Below, piece by piece: positions 31,913 to 43,225 of a stretch of DNA of 64,000 nt; within the stretch, counting starts at the first letter, position 1; every line of letters starts with the position of its first letter. The stretch lies in the NCBI RefSeq assembly GCF_009914755.1, contig NC_060928.1; one strand, 5' to 3'. The translations under genes and the position numbers were made by a program. The stretch comes from the human T2T-CHM13v2.0 reference genome, Homo sapiens. The notes beneath the pieces are model-generated. The model made no database searches. It had not been told where the DNA came from and saw nothing but the letters and a program-made list of their open reading frames with translations.

Positions 31913-32213
31913 GGCCAGGCGTGGTGGCTTACCCCTGTAATCCCAGCATTTTGGGAGGCCGAGGCGGGTGGATCACAAGGTCAGGAGTTTCAGACGAGCC
32001 TGGCCAACATGGTGAAACCCAGTCTCTACTAAAAATACAAAAAAAATTAACTGGGCATGGTGGTGTGTGCCTGTAATCCCAGCTACTTGGGAGACTGAGG
32101 CAGGAGAATCATTTGAACCCGGGAGGCAGACATTGCAGTGAGCCAAGATCACTGCAAGAGCCATTGCACTCCAGCCTGGGTGACAGGGCAAGACTCCATC
32201 TCAAAAAAAAAAA
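31913..32213 (+). mobile_element. AluS (Sg-like)
   Basis: Full dimer, A-tail, TSD aaagacaagtagt (31896-31908, 32214-32226). Confidence 0.93.
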
Positions 32214-32649
32214 AAAGACAAGTAGTTTTCAAATTAATTTCTGAAAAAAAAATATAAGTATTATATATATAAATATATATTATATTGTTTATATAACTAT
32301 ATATATATTTCATTTACACACCTAGCATATGCATCTTTAATCAACCAAAAGAAAAACAAAAGTCCCCATGTACAAGTCAAAAAAATCCAAAGTGTTGACA
32401 CAGGCATAGCTAATATCAACTACATTTATATACAGCTGTGTAAGCTCAAGAAAGATCTTCTATATGTATATGCAAAAGTTATTTATTAGGAGGTCTATAT
32501 ACATTTATTCCCTTAGAAGCCTTTAGTGTCACCTCTAGGTAAAGACACCAACACTTCATTTATATATCTTATGAAAATAAAAAGACTATTTCCAGGATTG
32601 ACAATACTGTGCATCCTATATTCAGACCACGTAGTTGCTACTGAATGTA

Positions 32650-34285
32650 AGTTTTGTTAAAGGACAAAACTGTTAAAAATAACTATAGCTACAATAATGT
32701 GCTAAGTGATACATAGTATAAAAAGATGCAAATTGTAACATCAAAACAAAAAATGTAACACCAAAAACAAAAACATCAATATCATAACATCAAAAACCTA
32801 TAACCGCTATATATATAGTGGTTATTTTTATATATGTATATGTAATATAGTGGTTATATTATATCTATACACACAAATAATATAGTGTTATGTATAATAT
32901 ATATTAATGTCCACTGTTGAACATATATTATATATATATGTAGTGTCTTCTTGCTGTTTTCCTTTGTGATTCAACAGTTTTTTGTAGTACTATGCTTTGA
33001 TTCATTTGCCTATAATAATCTGTTTTAAGTTGATAACGACTTAATTTCTGTTGCATATAAAAAGCTCTAGACTTTTACTTTTCCCCTACTACATTTTATA
33101 ATTTTATGTCACAATTTGCATCTTTTTATATTGTTTATAACTTAGCAAATTATTGTAGCTATATACAATAAAAAGAAAACATAGTACTACACAAAACTAC
33201 TGAATCACAAAGGAGGACAGCAAGAGAGAAAGAAAGGAACCAAAGAAATACAAGCAGCCAACAGGAAACAATTAACAAAATGGCAATAATAAGTTTTTAA
33301 TCTATCTGTAGTAACTTTAAATGTAATGGATTAAATTATCCAATCAAAAGACATCGAGTGGCTGAATAAATAAAAAATAAGATCCAACTATATGCTGCCT
33401 ATGAGACTCACTTTCGCTTTAAGGATGTGCATAGGCTGAACATAAAGGGATTAAAAAAAATATTTCATGCAAATGGCAACCAAAAGGGAGGACAGGTGGG
33501 CATATACACCAGAAAAAAATCAGCCTTAAGTAAAGCTGTCAAAAGAGACAAAGACTTTCATTATATAATGAGAAAGGAGTCAATTCACAATTGTAAATAT
33601 ATTTGCACCCAACATTAGAGCACCTAAATATATAAAGCAAATATTAACAGAACTGAAGGGAGAAACAAGTAATAGAATCATAGCACAAGAGTTTAAATCT
33701 ATTTTTTAACAATGAATAGACCCTCCAGACTGAAAATCAATAAGGAAAATGCAGACATGAATAGAACAATAGATCAAATGAACCTAACAGATCTGTGCAG
33801 ATCATTCCATACAACAGCAGCAGAATACATATTCTCAAGTGCACACAAAACATTGTATTAATTATATTTTAGGCCATAAAATAGAACAGTTATTATGCAT
33901 TCTCTCTTTTGCCTTTTGTCATCTCCTCTTTAACTACCTTCTTCTTTCCTCTCCAAAGGAAATTAAGAAATTTAAGAAGATTGAAATCATATCAAATATC
34001 TTTTCTGACTACAATGGTATAAAACTAAAAATAAATTACAGAAGGAATATTGGAGAATTCACAAATATGTAGAAATTAAACACGTGTCTGAAAAACCAAT
34101 GGATCAAAAAAGAAGTGAAAAAAATGAAAAAAATTTAAAATAAACAAAATGAAAACATAATATGCCAAAACTTATGAAATGCAGTTAAAGCAATTCTAAG
34201 AAGAAACTTTATAGCAATAAAAAAGAAAAGCACTCAAATAGAAAACCTAAATCTATGCCTTGAAGACCTAGAGAAAAAGAACAAA
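32650..34285 (+). mobile_element. Rearranged L1MA inter-ORF/ORF2-endonuclease fragment
   Basis: Degenerate EN translation (HRLNIKGLKKIFHANGNQK); internal inversion 32946-33163 and foreign insert 33882-33958. Confidence 0.8.
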
Positions 34286-34286
34286 G

Positions 34287-34522
34287 TGCGGGATACAGTG
34301 GCTCAAGTCTATAATCCCAGCACTTTGGTATACTGAGGTGGGCAGATTGCCTAAAGTCAGGAGTTCAAGACAAGCCTGGCCAACATGGTGAAACCCCATC
34401 TCTACTGGAAATACAAAAATTACCTGGGCGTGATGGTGGGCGCCTGTAAGCCCAGGTACTTGGGAGACTCAGGCAGTAAGAATGGCTTGAACCCAGGAGG
34501 CGGAGGTTGCAGGGAGCCAAGG
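34287..34522 (+). mobile_element. AluS, 3'-truncated, no A-tail
   Basis: Alu sequence stops at gttgcagggagccaagg and abuts MaLR internal sequence. Confidence 0.9.
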
Positions 34523-34885
34523 CCATTCTGGTGACGTCTCAGACAAAAATGAAAAACATGATATTGGACAACGAAGATATAGTGATCCTTGTAATCGTGT
34601 GGCAAAGAGCATGGCTGAATTATGTGCATGTCCTACTGTTTTGTGGTAGAACTTACAAGCAATGAAATTCAATATATGGCTGGGGAAATATCTATGCAAA
34701 GTGTTAAAGAAGCAGCCTGGTTTCTCTTGACTGCTTCTTATAAAATGCCAGAAGAAAGAAATGAGTTGAAGACATAGTTGTTAATCAAAAGAGAAGCAGA
34801 ACTTTAAAGTTTGAACATTTCTAAGCCTAGCCATATTGGAAAAAATGAGAAAGTCTGTTTATGCGAGAATAAGGGTTTGGCCAAG
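34523..34885 (+). mobile_element. MaLR internal fragment (MLT1/MST-int-like)
   Basis: attctggtgacgtctcagac...gtggcaaagagcatggctgaattatgt...gcagcctggtttctcttgactgct. Confidence 0.7.
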
Positions 34886-35013
34886 TGTATTAGGGTTCCC
34901 TAGACGGACAGAACTAATAAGACATGTGTGTGTGTATATATATATATATATACACACACAGGGGAGTTTATTAAGTATCAACTTACATGATCCCAAGGTC
35001 CCACAATAGGCTG
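34886..35013 (-). mobile_element. MLT2A-like LTR end fragment
   Basis: tgtattagggttc...acagaactaata...(TG)(TA)(CA)...ggggagtttattaagtat...aaggtcccacaataggctg. Confidence 0.8.
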
Positions 35014-35351
35014 GCAGAAGTAATTAACTGGCTTTGGTTGAGAATTAGATGGTTACAAGAGTGCTTGATTTGGCCCATTGTGGAGCCTCCAGTTGATTAT
35101 TGTGTAGGGAGGGTACAGCCACAGTTTTGCCATCAAGATATTTTTGTTGTTGTTGACTATGATCAGTTCTCCAGGAAGCAATAGCTCTGGTTTCTTCACT
35201 CAGGGCCCTCACTATTTCAACTCTATACCCATTAGGCTCAAGGCCATTTTAAGAGGCAAGGTTGAATACACAAGCTCAAGGTTCATTGAGAATGTTATCA
35301 ATGACAGTAAAATTTCCTGACTCTGTTTTATCTCCTCCATGTTAAATAAAG

Positions 35352-35993
35352 CATGCTAATAGTGATATAGGCAATGAAGGCTGAGGTGGTCTCAGATGGA
35401 GATGAGGAACTTACTGGGAACTGGAACAAAGGTCACTCTTGTTGTGCTTTAGCAAAGAGACTGGTGGCATTTTGTCCCTGCCCTAGAGATCTGTGGAACT
35501 TTGAACTTCAGAGAAATGATTTAGGATATCTGGTGGGAGAAATTTCTAAACAGCAAAGCATTCAAGATGTGACCTCAGTGCTCTTAAAAGCATTCAGTTA
35601 TAAGTATTCACAAATAGATGGTTTGAAATCGGAACTTATGTTTAAAAAAGAAGCAGAGCATAAAAGTTTGGAAAATTTGCAGTGTAACATTGCAATAGAA
35701 ATGAAAATCCCATTTTCTGGGAGAAATTCAAGTTGGCTACAAAAATTTGCATAAGTAATGAGGAGTTGTTAATCACCAGGACAACGGGGAAAATGTCTCC
35801 AGAGCATGTCAGAGATCTTGGTGGCAGCCCTTCTCATCACAGGCATGGAGGCCTAGAAGGGAAAAATAGCTTCATGGGCCAGACCTAGGGCCCCACTGCT
35901 GCTTTGTGCAGCCTTGGAACTTGATGCCCTGTGTCCCAGCTGTGGCTAAAAGAGGACAAGGTACAGCTTGAGCCATTGCTTCAGAGGGGTGCA
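35352..35993 (+). mobile_element. THE1/MST internal fragment without LTRs
   Basis: ggctgaggtggtctcagatggagatgaggaactt...ccctgccctagagatctgtggaactttgaactt canonical THE1-int wording. Confidence 0.88.
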
Positions 35994-37869
35994 TGTCATA
36001 TTAAACCATAGTTTTCTTTCTGCTGGTGAAGGTTGGATTAACCCTTAATGATTCCTAAGGTTAGTCACAAATGTAGAGGCAAAAGAAGACTGGCATCTTT
36101 AATACAGAGAAAGTTGACAACTCCAGAGAGGAACAGGGTAAGCAAACATTATGGAATTATGTTTGTAGCAAGAAGATGGGAAAATGCAAAATCCATCATA
36201 TTACGTGATTGAGAAAAACTGCAGATGAAGACTGGATGACGATAATATCATTCGTTTTCTTTTTTCTTTTTCTTTTTTCTTTTTTTGGCCAGGATGCCGA
36301 CACAAGATAGTTTTCATACTAAAAACAAAAAGCTAAAGTATGAAGATTCAAAAATCCTCATACTTAGGCACAATGAAATTGCAAACTTGCACATTTTCTT
36401 ATATAGGTGAACACATGATTGGATAATACTTAATCCTGTGTAAACAAAATACCCTGTAAGACTAACAAAATAATGTATTTCTGAGTGCATTTGTGAGATG
36501 TGCACTTGTGCTTTGTCAGTTACTCTAAGTGTTTGTTGTAGTTCAGTAAATCAAAGTGACACTGATAAATGTAACATTGCTGTCTTTGGGGAAAGAAAGC
36601 AAAATGAAACAAAACAAACTTAAAAATATATAGTTATTAGTGTATTCTCACCCAATCCACCTCTATAAATGTTTTGAGATAATAGCATTTAAGGAAATAT
36701 TCTAGTTTTGGGTTGGGAAAGGGCAGAGGTATAAAAGTTTATCTAAGAAAGAATGGGGAGTGGTCTGTTTGCCTCAAGCCAATAGGGTGCATTTGATTAG
36801 AGGGAAAAGAAACCAACAACAAAACAGCCTTTAGATAGCTTTCCTGGAGTGTTGACTACCCATACTAAATCATCAACACTTCACTGCACACCATTGCCAG
36901 GAGAGAAGAAAACATCCTTCTCTTTCATTTTTTCTTCCTTTAAATGGCCAAACATGCTGTCTTTGGATTGAGTTCAATCCTGCTTTAATTCATTAAAAAG
37001 TGAAACAAAATCACCATTTACATCCTTGACAGCTGGCAGGTTTTATGTGTTCTTACTACCCCTGCCAAGTAGCAAAGGTTTCATTCAATTCAGTCACGGA
37101 TCCTTGGAGAGCTCCGAGTGTGGAGCCCAACAAAACACAGTGGTAACAATGACACAGAAACCTGCGGGCATGGGGTATTATGCCAATGCACCGGTGTGTA
37201 GGAAGTCATAACTTTCAAAAACTTCAAAAAGAAACTACAACAAAAGCTTTGAGAGGGCCCAGATCATGGGAAGTTTCGGTACCAGTTGGGGTAGAAGTGT
37301 ATTAAAAGGTTATTGATTCTCTTTAATATGATTCTAGCTATCTAAAGTAAGAAATGTATTTTGAAGAGCACATAATAAAAAGAAGTTGATAATTCAATTA
37401 TCTTTCATCTTAAAAAAATATATAGGGAAATGGAACTTGTAAATAAAATTAGAATGTAAATAAAACTGAGAATTGGACCCTAGAAGAATTCTTGGAATTT
37501 AAAACATACTTATTTTTATTTAAAAAAAAATACTACTAATTTCTTAAAGGCATGAGGCTTTAGTATGGGTAGGGTAAGGAGAAAAATCATGAATTTTGAA
37601 CTTCCTTTTGTTACTTAAAAACAGAAAAAAACAATTATATAAATGTCTATAAGAAATGACTAGTTGTAAATTAATTATGGTAAAGTTTAGGCTTCTCTTT
37701 CTTATTGTACTTTTCTTTTGGCTTGAACAGGAGCTCGGTTAATTATGTGTAGTTATCACAAGCCTTGCAGTGAGAGCGAATGTTGGTTAACAGGGTAACT
37801 AAATGTTTTTGCATTTCTTAACCTGGACTAGCTTCCACAGGCACCAAATGGTTGTCCTTCTCCAAAGGC

Positions 37870-38110
37870 CAAAACCTAGTGTTCAGAGATCTACTTTTGG
37901 AATCTGACTCTGAGTTTCTATTCCACTTTTACCTTAGCAGATGTGTGATTTTAGGCATGTCCCTTAATTTTTCTAGACTTCAATATCTTAATTTATAAAC
38001 TGGAATAAAATAAGAGTATCTACTTCCTACAGTTAGAATAAAGATTAAATAAGATAATGATATAAAGTGTTCAAACAAGTGCCTGGCACATTGAAGTATT
38101 CAAAAATGTT
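37870..38110 (+). mobile_element. MIR SINE
   Basis: tgtgtgattttaggcatgtcccttaa...aagattaaataagataatg...gtgcctggcaca. Confidence 0.75.
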
Positions 38111-40149
38111 AATGATAATTATTACAACAATCTAAGGTATATTTTTCATTTACTCATCTCTAGAAGTACTAGCTTAAATGATAAATTCAAGTGCCAGGTC
38201 AAGTACTTTGTCATCCTTGGCTACGAAGGCCAAATGATTTGCAAACTAGACATGGATGCCACTGTTCAGTATTGATACTGCTTTGAGGTAGAATCAGAAT
38301 TTTAACTTAACCCTCTACTTTTGGTTTATACTTACTGCTTTTTGACTAAATGAAGGGTAGAAACAAAGCTACAATAAGGTTTTAGCACCAAAAATAAATG
38401 TTTTATTTAATTAGTGCACTTGTGTGTGTTCTTATGTGTGTGTGTGCATATTGTACATATTCGGGCTTCGAAGACAACATCCCTGCCGTTACCAAAGACA
38501 TCTAAAAGGGATCCACAGCCACTTTCATAATTGAGTCTCAATCCAGCCCAGTAGTATTGCCAGATTAATATGGTTGGCTTTATTAAATTAAGAAACAGCT
38601 TTATACATAAGAAACTATCCACCAATCTTCACTATATTATTAAAAAATAGTTGTTTTGTCAATCATAGATTATTTCTATTACTTGACTGGGGCAGTTTCA
38701 TGTAGTTTTGATTAGTTATTTTTATATGCCTGTTATTTTATGATCTTTACTTCTTATCTCTTATAGGAGAAATGTCTCAGAGCTGCAACTACAGCCCAGA
38801 AATAGAACTACTTTTGGCTCTGAAACAAAAAACCAGAGGCACTGGACTTTTCCGGCAAAATGTTATCAGTATGGCATGTATTTAGCCTTTGGTTATTTCA
38901 TTTATTAAGCTAGGAAGTTCTTAAAAACAACAATTGCTTTGAGAAAATCATGTTATTGCTTTTTGCCTGTGCAAGATACTATTTGCTGAAGTTTAAAATA
39001 TATATATAATCCCAGGGTTAGCATTGGCCAATAAAATTAACTTACAGAAAAACAATGAAGTGACTTCTAGTCATTATAACTTTTGAGTTCTTTTTTTTAA
39101 ATATCAGTGAGGGAAGTTGAGAGACATATTTTGTTTCCAACCAGATCTTATAGTGAGAAATTTAGTGGGCAATAAGCTTTGGAATACATTTTTATATAGT
39201 GAGTAAGACCAAGAAATTTTTTATCTAGAGGTTTATGAGACTTTTGCTGTGTAAGTCCTGAAGTTTTTGAACTGATACAGAATTACAAATTTCAACATAG
39301 GTAGAAGAAAATGGAAAGGCAGAATCACAAAGGATGTCATAGCAATTCTCTCTGTGTGGATTGTTAAGTTTCTCAAATAAATTAACTACAATTTTGAAGT
39401 CTATTTTTTATAGGCATGTATGCTTTGAGCAAAAGAGAGCTATCATGAAGACATTGGTCCAAAAGAAAGATATTTCCAACACCTCAAAGGCAATATATTT
39501 AGAAGTGAAGTCCTACTTCATAAAATACTTCTTCCTTCTAACAGGACCATTTTTATAAGGTGTTAAAATGTAATATTCTGAAAGTTAAAACACAGTTCTT
39601 CCACAAATAAAAAATGAACACAGGTCAACAATTCTATTCAACTCATTAATCAACTCATAATGAGGGAACCAGAGAAATACTAAGACTGGTTCAAAAAGCT
39701 TTGAGAAGATGAATATCTGAAAACAATTTAATAAAGGACAGTTTGGATAAGATTGCAAGTTTAGGTACAATGCTGGCTAATCTCCTAAAGGACAAACATC
39801 CTTAAACTCTAGGATTATCTTTTCATTTTTATAGAAATTGTTTGTATATCTACCAGGGAAAAATCTAGAAGTTAACTTTAGTAAGTCTGAGACTTTAATC
39901 AGTTATAAACAGGGAACTGAAAAAAGTATGTTCTCATAAGCATTTAAGTAATTCTTGCCTGTGCCATTGAAAAAAATGCCTCTTCTTTTATTTTTTTCTG
40001 CTTTATTTTCAACTTTTATATAATTTTTCTTAACAAAATAAAACCACAATTTTGCAAGGCTAGGAATATTGACTTTCTCTCCAGTCTCTCAGGTTGTTTG
40101 CTGCATCTCGTTGATACATTTTCACACTATTTCCAGGCACAATATTTCT

Positions 40150-40413
40150 TGTTTTTTCTTTTTTTTTTTTTTGAGATGGAGTCTCGCTCTGTCACCCAGG
40201 CTGGAGTGCAGTGGCACGATCTTGGCTCACTGCAAACTCCACTTCCTGGTTTAAGAAATTCTCTGCCTCAGCCTCACGAGTAGCTGGGATTACAGGTGCC
40301 TGTCACCATGCCTGGCTAATTTTTGTATTTTTAGTAAAGACGGGGTTTCACCATCTTGGCCAGGCTGGTCTTGAACTCCTGACCTTGAGATCCACCCGCC
40401 TCAGCCTCCCAAA
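40150..40413 (-). mobile_element. AluS (Sg-like), 5'-truncated
   Basis: T-tail, Alu body, TSD gca(c/t)aatatttct (40137-40149, 40419-40431). Confidence 0.92.
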
Positions 40414-40696
40414 CCGCAGCATAATATTTCTAAAGCACGCTCTGTGAGATAAGTGAGTTACATGGTCAAGCACATTTAGAAATGTAGACGTGTTATTTTT
40501 TTCCCATAACCAATGAAGTTACCATTGGATCTTGGATACAATTAGAATTGATGTGGAAGAATGGAGAGTTCTCTGTTCAATGTACCTTCTTTGAAAAAGC
40601 TGTGATACAGATCAAGGACAAAATGGGCCACCATGTTGGGAAAGAACTTCATTAGAGATAGCTATGAGCTTGACATTTCTTTTCTTTGTAAAAGGC

Positions 40697-40900
40697 CCTT
40701 CCTTCTTTCCTTCCTTTCTCTTTCCCTCTTTCTTTCTCTCCTTCCTTCTGTCCTTCTGTCCTTCCTTCCTTCCCTCTTTCCTTCCTTCCTTCCCTCTTTC
40801 TTTCCTTCCACCTTCCCTCCCTCCCTCTTCCTTCCTTCCTTCCTTCCTTCCTTCCTTCCTTCCTTCCTCCCTCTCTTTCTCTTCCCTTCATTCCTTCCTT
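40697..40900. repeat. (CTTC)/(CTTT)/(CCCT)n polypyrimidine tract
   Basis: Direct reading, ~200 bp almost purine-free. Confidence 0.95.
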
Positions 40901-41886
40901 TACTCTATCTTTATTCTCATATGTATTTATTTATTAAATATCTTTCTTTCCTTGTCAGTGAAGCAGTTAAGTAGATAGACTTATTGCTTGGAAATAAGAG
41001 ATACTCTCCAACTCCCAACTCCCATAGAAGGTGGGGCTGAATCCAGCAGGAAGTCTGAGGAAATAAAAATGTGTAAAAAGAGCTATGTCTCTGTTAATAC
41101 TTATTTATGAATCAAAATGTGAATCTAGATTCTCTAAATTTATCCTAAACTGCCTTTCATATAACATTAAGAGAAGGAACTCCAGGAGACCAAAAACCAA
41201 ACAACTAGAACAAGCTCAGCATTTCCCTGAATGTATGGGAATAATTCCTTGCTGCATCTTGAACTTGGATAAGTTATTAACTAATGTGGGAGAAGTGCTG
41301 TTATTAAATACACATAATAATATTAATAATGAGCACCTGGTATATGTGAAAACTTTTATCCATGCCAGTGCTAAGTTCTTAAAACCAAACAGTATTTTTG
41401 TAAGGTCAATTCATTGACCAAATGGTTTTAACCATTTTCTGTATCTCAGCTTAGATTCATAAACATAAGTCACATGTAGCTATCTGATTTTTTAAAGACA
41501 TAAGGTTTTATAAAAAATTGGATTAATTTTCCCACAAATTTCATATAAGTGTTGATGATTTGGCAATTGTCTAAATTGGCTATTCTTAGTTCTTTTGAAA
41601 ATCTCTTTCTCAAAAGTTTTATCATGCTTGGGAAAATAAACTTCTAAAAGCTGAAAGTGCATGAAGACAGTATAACACTAAAATATTAAGAGGATAAATT
41701 TTACTTCTAAATTTTAAAATGTATTGCAGACAGGAGAGTATTAGAAAACTTATTTTTATTAACATTTTGTGTGATGTATATTTAATTCCCAGGGTAATAC
41801 ATTTTTGCATTCCTGTCTGATTGAATGATCTGGTCTTGTCAAAATTGCAAGTCTACGAAGTGTTGAGAATCTTATGGTACAGACTT

Positions 41887-42279
41887 TGTATTAATTTGTT
41901 AGAACTTCCATAACAAAGTATCACAGACTAAGTGACATAAACAACAGAAATTTATTTTCTCCCAGCTCTGGGCATTGTAAATCTGAGATCAAGGAGTTGG
42001 CAGGGCAGTTTTCTTCTGAGATCTCTTGTCTTGGCTTGAAGATGCTCATCTTCTCCTTGTGCCTTCACCTGGTCTTCCCTGTGTGCCTCTGTGTTCTTGC
42101 TTCCTCCTCTTATAGGGACACCAATCAGATTGGATTAGAGTCCACCTTAATGACCTCATTTTAACTTAATTACCTTGTTAAAAATCCTGTCTCCAAATAT
42201 AGTCACATTAGTCTTGGGCACTGGAGGTCAGGACTAGAACATAGGAATTTGGAGAAGGAACACAATTCAGCCCAAAACA
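41887..42279 (-). mobile_element. MLT1B-like MaLR solo LTR
   Basis: tgtatta...cataacaaagtatcacagact...aatgacctcattttaacttaattacc...cacaattcagcccaaaaca; degenerate TSD gactt/gaccc. Confidence 0.88.
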
Positions 42280-42944
42280 GACCCCAAATCTACCCAATAA
42301 CAAGTTTCAATCTTAATTGCAATTGAACCAGATTTGGCAAGGACTAACCCAACTCAGATTTTCTAGGCATCTAAATGTTTAAATATGTATTGCACATGTG
42401 TTTCACCTCACCTGCTCTTTTTCCCTGGTGTGCATTGGTTTTAGCTGTCACTCCTTTGGTTTAGAAAATTACTCCACCCAGTTCCACAATTAGCTTTAAT
42501 GAAGAAGTTAAAAATCACCCTTCTTAATGACTCTCTGCTTAGAATTTGATCACTGAAGTTATGTTGATTCAATATTTTGAATACTTTCAATCCAAATTTA
42601 CAGAAACACATAGAAATTAGTGAGTATTGTAAAAAATGTCAATTTCTGATATGTTTACTTTCTCATTTTGGTAGTGAAAGAAACAAAGCATAATGAATTT
42701 CCAGGGGGGAAAAAAGGGCTCTCACTGTGATAAATACAGGGAAGAGAAATTGACCCTTTAAGAAGGGGCATTAATCCTTAAGTGGTATCATTGTTTACTG
42801 AGGAGACTCAATAAACGTAAGATTATTTTATGCTTTAACCATTTACCACCTTCAGAGGTGCTATAACAAAATCTCCCTTCTCTGTTGGAAAACATTTTGG
42901 GACGATTTGATAACTTCTTAGGCAATTTTAGTAATCACAATTTT

Positions 42945-43225
42945 AGTTAAAAGATACAATGTTTCAGTTATATGGGAGGAATGAGTTCAAGAGATTTGTT
43001 GTATAACATGGTGACCACAGATAATGTATTTTGTTGTTGAAAATAACTAAGAATGTAGATTGTAAGTATTGTCACCACAAAAAATGATAAATATATGAGT
43101 TAGTGAACATGCTAATTATCTTTAATTGAGCCATTTCACAATGTACACAAATTTTAAAAATCATGTTGTACTTGATAAATATATGCAATTTTTGTCCATT
43201 GAAAAATAAATTAAATATAAAGAAT
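42945..43225 (+). mobile_element. L1MA 3' end fragment
   Basis: gaggaatgagttcaagagat...tgtcaccacaaaaaatgataa...catttcacaatgtac, A-rich tail. Confidence 0.8.

Noticed and set aside
34925-34960. (TG)n(TA)n(CA)n palindrome
   Set aside because: Ordinary microsatellite expansion typical of this position in MLT2 LTRs.
40633-40978. Three overlapping ORFs (LPSF / GRKE repeats)
   Set aside because: Translation of a low-complexity microsatellite.
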